From NCBI GenBank assembly GCA_963807635.1, contig CAWEDJ010000039.1, positions 1-64,000 of the forward strand: a stretch of DNA of 64,000 nt, given 5' to 3'. The first letter of the stretch is position 1, and every line of letters starts with the position of its first letter. Both the position numbers and the translations under genes were made by a program. Shown one piece after another: positions 15,457-25,507 of the stretch. The notes beneath the pieces were generated by a model. It was not told the DNA's origin. It saw nothing but the letters and a program-made list of their open reading frames with translations, and made no database searches. This DNA is from an uncultured cyanobacterium. Lineage in GTDB: Bacteria > Cyanobacteriota > Cyanobacteriia > Cyanobacteriales > Microcystaceae.

Positions 15457-15753
15457 TTACTCCTCGTCAGGGATTAATTTGGCAAAGGAGAATGATTCCT
15501 GAAGATTCGGTGGATTCAGACTAAATTCACCGTTTTGGGCTTCTTCTAAACCTTGGTGAACTAGACCCAGGGCTTGTTCATTTTCGGATAACCAGGTTTC
15601 CGTATTGGGAGGTATCTCTGTTAATCGAATCAAAACTTCCCCATTTTCTTTATACTGAATTAGTACGGTCTGATTGGCAAAGGCTTGCCCAAGATTAATT
15701 TTTCCCGTAGAATCCACATTTTTAGTACATTGTTCTAACTGTTTTCGTCTCAT
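15457..15753 (-). CDS. Putative AbrB-like antitoxin
   Basis: N-terminal VDSTGKINLG swapped-hairpin-like motif, acidic C-terminus (ETWLSENEQALGLVHQGLEEA); coupled to the toxin-like gene. Confidence 0.55.
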   Translation of the reverse strand: MRRKQLEQCTKNVDSTGKINLGQAFANQTVLIQYKENGEVLIRLTEIPPNTETWLSENEQALGLVHQGLEEAQNGEFSLNPPNLQESFSFAKLIPDEE

Positions 15754-15779
15754 GGGATTTCAGTCAAGCTTTTAGGCCG

Positions 15780-15813
15780 ATTGTACAAGACAAATCCTTG
15801 TTTGGACAAACAA
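15780..15813 (-). promoter_or_regulatory. Promoter with overlapping palindromic operator for the TA pair
   Basis: TTGTCC (15804-15809) - 18 nt - TACAAT (15780-15785); perfect inverted repeat ttgtttg-ga-caaacaa at 15798-15813. Confidence 0.55.
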
Positions 15814-15871
15814 CTTGTTCTGTCTCAAAGTGACCCATTTTTTCGTTATTCGGTGATTAAGTCTTGCTCTT

Positions 15872-17605
15872 TTAGGGTGTGATAGTCACACTAAAAATAA
15901 TGCCGTCGTCCTGCAAACTATTTCCCTGAACATAGGGGACTTTTCCTAGACGCTTTGCCCAATCGATCCGCGCAGTAACGTGTTTGCCGTATTGCCACTG
16001 TAAACCTAGTCCAATTGACGCGAGAGTGTTGGTTTCAGGGTTCGGTGATTGATTATTCCAACCTGTTCCCCAATTGACAAAGGGAATAATTTGTAAGACT
16101 GCCCGCTCTTCTGGAATTCGATAGAGGGGAAAACGAGCTTCTAGGGACGCAAACGCGCCATTATCCGTTAGAAGCGTATTTTGACGATATCCCTCCACAC
16201 TTCCCAATCCTCCCAAGGCGAATTGTTCGAGGGAAGGAACCGCACTATCAGCAATTTGGATATTGGTTTTGGCTAAAAGTAAGGTATCTGGAGCCAGGAG
16301 GTGAACCCATTGAGCCTGAGCCCGCCAGAGAAAATAATTGGCATCAGGGGCAGAGGAATTATATTGAGCATCAAAGGGTGTTGTGGTGTTAAAAGCATTA
16401 ATTCCCAGCGCAAATTCAGAATGGGCCGCTAAAACATCTGTGTCACTCCGTTGTAACCAATCCTGGGAAAATCGTAGGGAAGAAAGGCGGGTCTTTCCGT
16501 CAAGATCAGAGCCGCGTGAGGGAAAGGCATAACCCAGCAGGGTATTAGAGCTAGTCTGATAATCAAAACCTAAACCCAAGGCAAATTCACTATAGGGAGT
16601 CTGCCACAGGGGTTGACGAAAACTAATTAGATATTTTTGATAATAGGATTTGAGGTCTAGCAGGCTAAAGGGATACTCAATAACTTGACCCGTAATATTA
16701 CGAAAGCCTAATGTCAGTGTGCCATTTTCGGGACTCAGTGGAATAGCGTAGCTAACATCAATATCATTACTGCCATCCGTATTCAGATAAGTACCCCGCA
16801 GGGTGTCTCCATTCCCAGAGAGGTTAATGTCTTCTAGAGCCACGCCACGCCGAAAGCTACCGACCTGGGGATTTCGTCCGTTATCCAAAATGATGCTGGG
16901 ATAAAAGGAACGGGCGGTTTCAACGGAGACATTGAGAATACTTTGACCTGGTTCGGTACTATTGGCTAGTTCTGACGATATTTTTGCGATAACGGGATTA
17001 AGTTGTAATATTTGTAGAGCTTCTAATAATCGGGGGACGTTTAACGGCTTACCTGCGGCTAACCAGAGGCGATCGCGGACATAATCGGGATTGAGTTTGC
17101 CTTCTACCTGCACATTAATGCTTTCTAACCCACCTTCAATGATTTTGATGATCACGACCCCCTTATCGAGGGTTTGGGGCGGAATATAGGCTCCTGATGT
17201 GATGTAGCCCTTACTAACATAGAATTTTGTGATCTCAGAGCGGACTTGCAATAATTCAGTAAAAGATAATGATTTATGGATGAACGGTTGGGTGATTTCT
17301 GCCAATTCTTCTTGACTAAAGGCTGTATTGCCTTCAAACTCAAACTTTTCTACGGTGATTCTGTCTAGCAGATTATCCGTTGGCAAATTGTCCTGATTTC
17401 CTGACTTATCAGGCAAAGAAGGGAGTAATAAATCTTCGGGGTTGAGTAAGGGAGTCGGTGCAGGAAGGGGGGACGGCAAAATGGGAGGCGGTGGGCCTCC
17501 CCTAATCTGTTGGGTAATATTTTGAGCAAAAACTAAGCCAGGATTACCGAGCCACAGAATAATCGCTAGAGAGGGGACGAATGGAAAAATATTTCGACAA
17601 ATCAT
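15872..17605 (-). CDS. TpsB (ShlB/FhaC/HecB family) two-partner secretion translocator
   Basis: Signal peptide, POTRA (FEFEGNTAFS...ITKFYVSKGYITSGA), beta-barrel with GGLGSVEGYRQN and LASIGLGLQW. Confidence 0.9.
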   Translation of the reverse strand: MICRNIFPFVPSLAIILWLGNPGLVFAQNITQQIRGGPPPPILPSPLPAPTPLLNPEDLLLPSLPDKSGNQDNLPTDNLLDRITVEKFEFEGNTAFSQEELAEITQPFIHKSLSFTELLQVRSEITKFYVSKGYITSGAYIPPQTLDKGVVIIKIIEGGLESINVQVEGKLNPDYVRDRLWLAAGKPLNVPRLLEALQILQLNPVIAKISSELANSTEPGQSILNVSVETARSFYPSIILDNGRNPQVGSFRRGVALEDINLSGNGDTLRGTYLNTDGSNDIDVSYAIPLSPENGTLTLGFRNITGQVIEYPFSLLDLKSYYQKYLISFRQPLWQTPYSEFALGLGFDYQTSSNTLLGYAFPSRGSDLDGKTRLSSLRFSQDWLQRSDTDVLAAHSEFALGINAFNTTTPFDAQYNSSAPDANYFLWRAQAQWVHLLAPDTLLLAKTNIQIADSAVPSLEQFALGGLGSVEGYRQNTLLTDNGAFASLEARFPLYRIPEERAVLQIIPFVNWGTGWNNQSPNPETNTLASIGLGLQWQYGKHVTARIDWAKRLGKVPYVQGNSLQDDGIIFSVTITP

Positions 17606-20060
17606 GACAGGTCGGGGGATTGACTCCCGCAGGATTGCCCGTTTTGGGGGAGGCTTGGGCGGTCAAAACAATTTTTCCGTGGGAATTTTTGAACCATCCT
17701 TGGGCTTCTACAATAGTTTGAGCTTGCGATTGTGTTGACTGGATGTTTTTCGCGATCGCGGCTGGATTATTGACAGAGGATTCAGGAGAAACAATACCAT
17801 TTGTGCTAGGATAACCCAAATTTGTCAATCCTGTATTCACTTCTAAATTTTGCTGGGGATTCGTCGGCAGCCCACCCCGACCCGTCACATAAAATTCTCC
17901 TTGGCTAAATTCCCCCCCTTGGCCGCAGGCTTGAACAATTAAGTCACGGGGATCAATTACCTCTGCGGGTAGGGTTAATAAACTACTTTGGGGATCTACA
18001 TCTACTCGATTAATAGAGACTATACCAAATTGCCCGAAGGTCGAACTAGCGGTAATGTCGCTGAGGGGCGTTAAACTTTCCCTTGGTTCAATGCCAAAGA
18101 TACCCAGGGCATTAATCTGAATATTTCCTCCCTGACCCGTGAAGGCATTAGCAATAATATCACTATTTTCTCCAGGGAAACCCACGACAAATTTAGCATT
18201 AATATCAATGTTTCCCCCATCGCCGCCACCGCCCTCTGTCCCTGCTGTGGCAGAAATTAAGCTATTATTCCGTAGCAACAAAATTCCCGACAGATCAAGG
18301 GTAATATTTCCCCCTTCTCCTGTAGCGGTTTCTGCGATCAATTGGCTCTGGTTATCCAAGAAAACGTTATTGGCTCTGATGTTTAAATTGCCTGCGTTTC
18401 CTGTTCCCGAACTACTGACGGTAATTTTAGAGCCGTTATCTAGCGTTAGCTGATCTGCTTGGATATCTAAATTCCCTGCCTGACCTGTTCCTTCACTAGA
18501 GGCTAATAATTTACCCTGATTATTTAATTCGATCTGGTTGGCGTTAATCTCTAAATTTCCTCCATTACCTATCTTTGAGGTACTGGCAGTGATTTCTGCA
18601 TTGTTAGTAACGGTTAATTGGGGAGTGGTGAGAGATAAATTTCCTGCTTTGCCACTGCCTTCACTGGTGACGGTTAAACTACTGGGAGAGGTGAAAAAAC
18701 TTTGTGTGCCGTCAGGAGCAACATCAATATCTATTCCCTGACCTGTTAAATTAATCAGTTTAGAGGCCGTGATGTTCAAATTACCTCCTTGTCCACTTCC
18801 AAATGTTCTAGCAGAGATGCCAGAACCCTCTTGTAGAGTTAATTTTCCCGTATTCAGAGTTAAATTACCTGCAGCACCTTTCGCCTGAGTAGAAACCGAT
18901 AATACAGTTGTGCCGAGAAAAGGGGAGCTACCCGCTAAAGTTACAGACTCAGAGGCATCAATCGTTAAATTCCCGCTATTGCCTGAAGAAAACGCACTAG
19001 TACTTATTGCTGCACCATCTCTCACAGTTAAATTTTTAGTGGTGATGTTAATATTACCGCCATTTCCGTTTCCAACAGTAATCGTTCCTAATCCACTGGA
19101 ACTGATTTGCGTGGAACCAGTTCCGACAGGATTACTTGTCCCTAATAATTCTACTGACTCTGAAGTGTTGATGTTTAGTTCTTTCCCTGATTTTTCACCC
19201 GCAGTAAAAGAAGAAATTACAGAGCCATTAGTTAAGGTTAGTTGTCGTCCAAATACTTGAACAGCCCCACTGCCTACTTCTATTCCACTTAATAATGAAT
19301 CGCTGACATCAACCAACGTTCCTTGGGAAAGGCGAATATCTTGAAAATTTTTAACCTGTCCGTATCCTAAAATATAACCTGGATCACTTTGGGCGATTGT
19401 TACTTCAGCGTTCGTCCCCACGCTACCAAGTTCAATTCTTCCTCCCGGAACAGATAAGCGACTTTGAACTAATGATAAATCACCCCCGACTAAACCCAAG
19501 GTTTGTTCTGAGGGCAAGCTTAATTGACTTTGTTGAACTTGAATTGTATTCGCTTGTGTTCCGAATTGTAATCCGACTGGAACACTTACTGTTAAAAGGA
19601 AATCTGTGGGTGTTGCGCTAAATAGTTCCCCATCTGCAAAACGAATGGCTTGGGCAGTGGTTGAAAGAAAAGATCCTTTGAGGTCTAACGTTGCATTTTT
19701 GCCAAAAATAATGCCATTAGGATTGAGAAAAAAAAGATTGGCTTTGCCTGCTACTTGGAGAGAACCATCAATAAAGGAAGCCTGATTGCCCGTTACTCGT
19801 CCAATAATGTTGATGATTGATTCAGATGACTGGAATGTTACAGAACCATTCGTGGGTATAGAAAATTCTTGAAAACTATGAAATAAGTTACTTCCTGCTT
19901 GGGTACCATTTGTAATATTAAATTGACCATTGCCATTACTTGTTACGGTCGTTGGTATAGGCAAGGTTCCATCACCGCTAACCTCGGCTAAAGCTGGAAT
20001 TGATATACAGGATACTGAAATACTAATAAAGACGAGGCTTTTCAGGATAAAAGAGTTCAT
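17544..20060 (-). CDS. TpsA filamentous-haemagglutinin-like exoprotein
   Basis: NLFHSFQEFSIP...NLFFLNPNGIIFG TPS domain; repeated G.AGN(L/I).I beta-helix units; C-terminal F.VTGRGGLP.NP...IVEAQGW. Confidence 0.92.
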   Translation of the reverse strand: MNSFILKSLVFISISVSCISIPALAEVSGDGTLPIPTTVTSNGNGQFNITNGTQAGSNLFHSFQEFSIPTNGSVTFQSSESIINIIGRVTGNQASFIDGSLQVAGKANLFFLNPNGIIFGKNATLDLKGSFLSTTAQAIRFADGELFSATPTDFLLTVSVPVGLQFGTQANTIQVQQSQLSLPSEQTLGLVGGDLSLVQSRLSVPGGRIELGSVGTNAEVTIAQSDPGYILGYGQVKNFQDIRLSQGTLVDVSDSLLSGIEVGSGAVQVFGRQLTLTNGSVISSFTAGEKSGKELNINTSESVELLGTSNPVGTGSTQISSSGLGTITVGNGNGGNINITTKNLTVRDGAAISTSAFSSGNSGNLTIDASESVTLAGSSPFLGTTVLSVSTQAKGAAGNLTLNTGKLTLQEGSGISARTFGSGQGGNLNITASKLINLTGQGIDIDVAPDGTQSFFTSPSSLTVTSEGSGKAGNLSLTTPQLTVTNNAEITASTSKIGNGGNLEINANQIELNNQGKLLASSEGTGQAGNLDIQADQLTLDNGSKITVSSSGTGNAGNLNIRANNVFLDNQSQLIAETATGEGGNITLDLSGILLLRNNSLISATAGTEGGGGDGGNIDINAKFVVGFPGENSDIIANAFTGQGGNIQINALGIFGIEPRESLTPLSDITASSTFGQFGIVSINRVDVDPQSSLLTLPAEVIDPRDLIVQACGQGGEFSQGEFYVTGRGGLPTNPQQNLEVNTGLTNLGYPSTNGIVSPESSVNNPAAIAKNIQSTQSQAQTIVEAQGWFKNSHGKIVLTAQASPKTGNPAGVNPPTCHDLSKYFSIRPLSSDYSVAR

Positions 20061-20120
20061 TATTTAGTAGAAACGACAGGGATTGATTGCCATTTTAACC
20101 ATCTCCTGGTCATATTCGCT

Positions 20121-20309
20121 TTACCCGCCGCACATCCGTCCCCAAGGAGTAACAAAACAAAAACCCTGGGGTTTAGTAGTAGTATTTAATTTTTCTTGAG
20201 CAGTATTAGCTTGAGGTTGATTTAGTTCTTGAGCTTGGACGTGGGGAACATTTACTGAGGTCGCGATCGCGAAGCTGGCAGAAAAGAGGATAGATGTGAT
20301 AAGTTTCAT
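20121..20309 (-). CDS. Small secreted peptide with C-terminal Cys-x8-Cys loop
   Basis: Sec-type signal peptide ending VQA, polar linker, C-terminal CFVTPWGRMCGG; co-oriented directly upstream of tpsA. Confidence 0.65.
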   Translation of the reverse strand: MKLITSILFSASFAIATSVNVPHVQAQELNQPQANTAQEKLNTTTKPQGFCFVTPWGRMCGG

Positions 20310-20427
20310 AGTTTTTTCAATGTTTTTAGATAGACATATCTATTATCATATAAGTGGGCAATATGGATTGTCCTCCGAGAAAGTTCCTGATTTTTGCAGA
20401 AATCTCCTTTTTGTGTTCTCAGTATAA

Positions 20428-23024
20428 TTACGGAAAAGGTGGGGGATTTTCTTCTTGGACATGGTGGGTCAAAAGTTCGGTTGCATCATCTCTCAAAAGA
20501 GGCTTCGCAAAAAAATAACCCTGTCCATACTCACAATGGAAGGATTGTAGAATTTTTAGTTGTTCTTCCGTTTCAAGTCCTTCGGCAATGACAGTCATTT
20601 TCAAATTATGTCCCAAAGTAATAATCGTGTGGACTAGCTGGGTATATTTTTCTTGCTCCTGTTCACCCATCAAACGACTAACGAAGGATTTGTCAATTTT
20701 CAGGGTATCGACGGGAAACCGATGTAGGTAACTCAAGGATGAATAGCCTGTCCCGAAATCATCAATACTCAGTTTTAGACCGAGGGATTTCAGTTCGTGG
20801 AGTAAGGCGATCGCGTCTTCAACATTATTGATGATCATGCTTTCGGTGATTTCCAGTTTTAGCTCATCTCCCGTAAGGTTTAACTCCATCAAAACAGAAC
20901 GAATTTGTTCAACCAAATCGGGCTGAGAAAATTGACGACCCGATAAATTAACACTGACTTGCAGTTTAGAAAGGGTAGGAAATTGTTGTCGCCAGAGTTG
21001 AATTTGTTGACAGGCCTGCTGTAAAATCCAATGACCCAGAGGTACAATCAGACCACTTTCTTCGGCGACAGAAATAAAATTATCGGGAGAAACCAGTCCT
21101 CTCGAACACGATCGCCAACGCACCAAGGCCTCGAAACCTTCAATCCGTAAACTTTGGAGATTAACGATTGGTTGATAATAAACTTCAAACTCATCCTGAC
21201 TGAGAGCTAAACGCAGATCGGTTTCTAACTGCCAACGGACAATGGCTTTCGTATCCATCCCTTTCATGAAAATTTCATGGCGAGCCTTGCCCATTGCCTT
21301 AGCATGAAACATGGCAATATCGGCATAACGCAGTAATTCAGGCGGTTCACTGTCTGAATCATATTGATCAAACGCAATGCCAATACTGACCGTAATACAA
21401 ATTTCTTTTCCTTTCCAAAAAAAGGTTCCGTTAATTCTTTTTGAAACAAATCTGCTAAGGCGATCGCCTCTTGACTGTCTTTAAGATTGGGTAACCATAC
21501 CGCAAACTCATCTCCTCCGACCCTAGCTAATAAGTGTTCAATATTGAGGCAGGATTCTAACCGTTGCGCTGTCTGGAATAAAAGAGCATCCCCTGCAAGA
21601 TGACCCGAACCATCATTGACCAACTTAAAGCGGTCTAGATCTAGGAAAAGAACGGCCGATAAATACCGATTTAGCGTGGGAATGTTGGTGATAAAAAGCT
21701 TCAATTCGCTGTAAAAAAAGACGACGATTGGGGAGTCCTGTTAGGGAGTCATGGTAATTTTGATAAACAACTTTATAGGCCAGGGTAAAAACTGCACTAA
21801 AGAATAAACCCAATAAAGGCGGAACAAAGGGTATCCAACCCCCTTGCAAAAAGAGCCACCAACAAACGAACCAGAGTCCCGCCACCGCGATCGCCAGACT
21901 GAGGATAAAATGACGTAATCGCTTCATCCGCCAGGTCAAAACGCCACCAACTACCGACCACAACCCTAACCAAACCCATTCCTCGCCGAGATTCCAAAAC
22001 CAAAATTGCCGTTGTTCTCCCGAAGCTAGGTCGAGAATTTGACTGACTAAATGGGAGTGGATGATTACCCCAGGCATTTCAAAGCCCGACGTTTGAACCG
22101 AACTATAGGGAGTCGGAAAGGTATCTTTGACACTGGGAGCCGTCACCCCGATCAAGACAATTTTGCCCTTAATCCATTGGGGATCGATTTTTTGATTTAA
22201 AACATCCGTTAAACTTACTTGACGAGCAATACTAGGAGACCGAAAACGCAATAGGGTCTGCCAACCCGCCACTTCCGACGCAGGTAACTGATAACCCCCT
22301 GAATCCGCTTGCAGTCGATTAATTTGCGTTTGACCAAGTGTGAGGGAATGGGGGGTAAATTTCAACCCTAATTTGGGATCAGCTAAATATTTCAAACTCG
22401 TTTGTAAAGCAAAGGAAGGAAAATGACGCTTTCCTGAACTCGAACCCACTCCTAATAGACCCCGCCGCACCACATTGTCGGGATCAATCACCAGGTCAAC
22501 AAAACCGATCCGTTCCCTGGGAATACGGGGGGGAGCGGAAACCCCTGGATCATCAGATGAACTCGGAAGTTGATTAGCCACAATAACGTTATCCGATGCC
22601 AATACTTTTTGGAGAGCTTCCTGGCAAGGTGGATGGGGAATATCCCGAAAAAGATCGAGGGCAATGACCTTGGGCTGGAATTTTTCGAGGTTAATCAAGA
22701 GTTGGGCGATCGTTTCATCGCTTAGCGACAACGTTTTTGGTTGGTAATATCCTCCTCCATGATGCCGACCACGAGTAAACGGGAATCGATGGGTTGTTTC
22801 GGCTGGAGTTGAACCAAGTGATCATAGACCAGTAATTCTAAAAATTGCAATCGACCCTGTTGTTTCGCCCAGCCAATCACTCCCGTCATCAACACACTAA
22901 GGGAGGCAATGACCCACACACTCCGCCAATAGTAATGCTGACCCCAGTTCTGATGTTGTCGAGAATTTTCCTGACTTGAGGACAATCGAAATTGATCGAG
23001 GAGGGAAGAGAATTTTGAAAGCAC
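20428..23024 (-). CDS. CHASE2-GGDEF-EAL membrane sensor (diguanylate cyclase/phosphodiesterase); three apparent frameshifts
   Basis: Four overlapping ORFs join into TM-CHASE2 (DSRLLVVGI, IALDLFRD, VLIGVTAPS, MPGVIIH)-3TM-HDSLTGLPNR-GGDEF-EAL (FEALVRW, DDFGTGYSSL). Confidence 0.88.
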
Positions 23025-23295
23025 AAATGTTAAAAAATATAAAGAAAAAAACGAGCAGATAGGAGAATATTGAATGATTTGCTGTGATAGTTCCTAGACA
23101 ATATTTTGCTGATACGGCTAATATAGAGCAGTAAGGTAATATTTTTTATTTATAAAAACAATTATAGAAGTTTTACAGAGAATCGGAAATTGAGATTCTT
23201 TTTCTCAGGGATTAATCTGTCAGACTAATTGCCAAGGGAGTCACATTCAGAGATCTAATTGGCTATTTGTTTAACAAAACGATAGGAATGAATCT

Positions 23296-24051
23296 ATGTT
23301 TAAATCACTCAAGCGTCATAGTTGGCTACTCGTCTTACTCGGTGTTTCGAGTATGGTCGGCGGTTTCTTACCCCAATGGGTTCACGCCCAAACCTCGGAA
23401 GATGCTCCGATCGCACCCGATCGCCGTAAGCCTGGGGGGAGTCGCCCTGGTTCGGATTCCATTGAAGCTCCCATGCGCCGCAAGCCTGGGGGAAGTAGGG
23501 ATTTATTGAGCAATAATAGTTGTCGATTTGATCCCCAGGAGTTAACGGCTCTGATTCCCGAATCATTGCAGGGAGCGACAACGTCTGCGTCTCCGACCTT
23601 ATTTTTTGCCGTTCCCCCTATTTCTGCTAAAACGTCCATAGAGTTTGTTTTGAGGGATGCCAATGATCAGTTAGTCTACGAAAGAACGGTTTCAGGCTTA
23701 GGACAAGCAGGAATTTTGCCGATGACGTTGCCCCCTAATACCTTACGCCCTTCCCAGGATTATCATTGGTATCTGTCTGTCATTTGCAATAATCGCGATC
23801 GCGCCTACGATTTGGTGGTTGAGGGTTTTGTGCAACGACTGGCTCTTGATCTCAATCAAAAAACAAATGCAGATCCAGCAAGCAGAATCAAGTTTTATCA
23901 GACTCAAAATCTGTGGCAAGATCAATTGGCTTTTTTAGTAGAACTAAAACGCGATCGCCCCACTGATCCAGAAGTCACGAATCTGTGGAAACAAACTCTC
24001 AAATCTGTCAATTTAGATGAAGCGATCGCCGCCAATCCTCTGCTCCCGTAG
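23296..24051 (+). CDS. DUF928 domain secreted protein
   Basis: Signal peptide, RRKPGGSR motif (twice), LTALIP...T....PTLFF.VP, YHWYLSVIC, WKQTLKSVNL.EAIA..PL. Confidence 0.85.
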   Translation: MFKSLKRHSWLLVLLGVSSMVGGFLPQWVHAQTSEDAPIAPDRRKPGGSRPGSDSIEAPMRRKPGGSRDLLSNNSCRFDPQELTALIPESLQGATTSASPTLFFAVPPISAKTSIEFVLRDANDQLVYERTVSGLGQAGILPMTLPPNTLRPSQDYHWYLSVICNNRDRAYDLVVEGFVQRLALDLNQKTNADPASRIKFYQTQNLWQDQLAFLVELKRDRPTDPEVTNLWKQTLKSVNLDEAIAANPLLP

Positions 24052-24090
24052 ATCAATGGCTAAACGCGATCAACCTTGGTGAGTCAATCC

Positions 24091-24840
24091 TCAACGTTGT
24101 TTTTTTGCTAATTTATCTTGATAAAAAATAGAGCGAAGGACAAATTGGGGTAAGGCCGACATTCTTCGCCAACGCCAAGGCTCTTGGTAAAGACGGTATA
24201 GCCATTCCAAATTATTTTCGCAAAACCATTTTGGCGCTCTAATTTTTTGTCCTGACCAAATATCAAAACTTCCGCCCACTCCGATCCAAATCGAGTCGGG
24301 ACAAAGATGGCGATGCTCCCGAATCCAGTATTCCTGGCGAGGAACCCCCAAACCAACCAAAATAATACGAGGCTGTTTTTCTACTAGGGTTTGACACCAT
24401 TGCTCTTCTTCTTCAGGCGTCAGGAAGCCGTGATTCGTCAAAATTACCAGATCATCATATTTTTTTTGCCAATTTTCCGATGCTTTGGCTGTTGAGCCAG
24501 GCTTACCGCCATAAAAAGCAATTATCTGATGGGAATGTTGCTCCCCCACCCGTCTGATCAGAGACTCAGCAAGTTCAATGCCAGGGCAACGTTGCTGTTT
24601 AATCTTTCTGAGGCGCAAGTAAAGAATCACTCCAGCCCCGTCAGGAATCACTAGATCCGCTTTACGAATAATGTCCCCAACCGCAGGATTTTCTTCTGCC
24701 AATATAGACATTTCCGAATTGAGGGTGACCACATGAGTCCCTAGTCTATTGTTGAGACGTTCCATCAACAAGCCCGTGTAATCCGCCGATAAATGGACTG
24801 GAACCGTAAAAACAGGAAAAATTTCGGCTTTCTTGAGCAT
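24091..24840 (-). CDS. WecB/TagA/CpsF family glycosyltransferase
   Basis: HVVTLNSEM, ADLVIPDGAG, LVGLGVPRQE, IGVGGSFD, RAPKWF...LEWLYRLYQEPWRWRR. Confidence 0.92.
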   Translation of the reverse strand: MLKKAEIFPVFTVPVHLSADYTGLLMERLNNRLGTHVVTLNSEMSILAEENPAVGDIIRKADLVIPDGAGVILYLRLRKIKQQRCPGIELAESLIRRVGEQHSHQIIAFYGGKPGSTAKASENWQKKYDDLVILTNHGFLTPEEEEQWCQTLVEKQPRIILVGLGVPRQEYWIREHRHLCPDSIWIGVGGSFDIWSGQKIRAPKWFCENNLEWLYRLYQEPWRWRRMSALPQFVLRSIFYQDKLAKKQR

Positions 24841-24993
24841 AGATGGATTTCGAGAATATTTGTCTATCTGCACGGATTGGAACAAATTGGGTTACATAAA
24901 TCAATTTTAAAACTTTTTTGAACTTTTTTTGATAAAGTTATCAATAAATTTTTCCATCGGTAGCGGCTTAAAATTGAACAGTAAGATTGAGAA

Positions 24994-25095
24994 TAAACTC
25001 TTAATTATCTAAAACACAGACAAGCAAGGGGCTTAAGCGGCTTTTTACAAGACTTTCAACAAAAAGATTATACAATCTAAGCTTGTGACAGCTTA
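24994..25095 (+). repeat. ~102 bp MITE/REP-like element, copy 1
   Basis: Aligns end to end with the reverse complement of 62104-62205; degenerate central palindrome caaggggcttaagcggct. Confidence 0.7.
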
Positions 25096-25507
25096 GACTA
25101 GATTAATAGACTTCAGTAACAGTCCTGCCCATCCATAAACTGTGACAGGTTCTACAATCCAATAACTAGTTAGACTTCCTTACTGATTGTCGTTCAATTA
25201 GATGATATCGGGTAATATTTAGATCAATAATCCCATAAAAAAATCATAAAAAATCATGTTGATCGAAGGTTTTAAGGAGTTCAAAAAATTTAATCTTTTA
25301 CCAATAAACAAATGTTTAATCAGTTTTTAATAAGTCGAATTTATCAATCCATTTCATGATCCCAGGCTGCTTGTCAAATGACCTCTATCCATAGAAACAA
25401 ATAAATTTATCCTCTCTTTCTTTTTAATCTATCAATAGTTTACAATAAAAGTAATTTCAAACTTAATTTTTTCTCTCAAAAGTAAAGCCCAACGATTTTT
25501 AAGCTGA

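Noticed and set aside
18139..19621. Long plus-strand ORFs opposite tpsA
   Set aside because: Antisense shadows of the repetitive Gly/Asn/Thr-rich beta-helix gene
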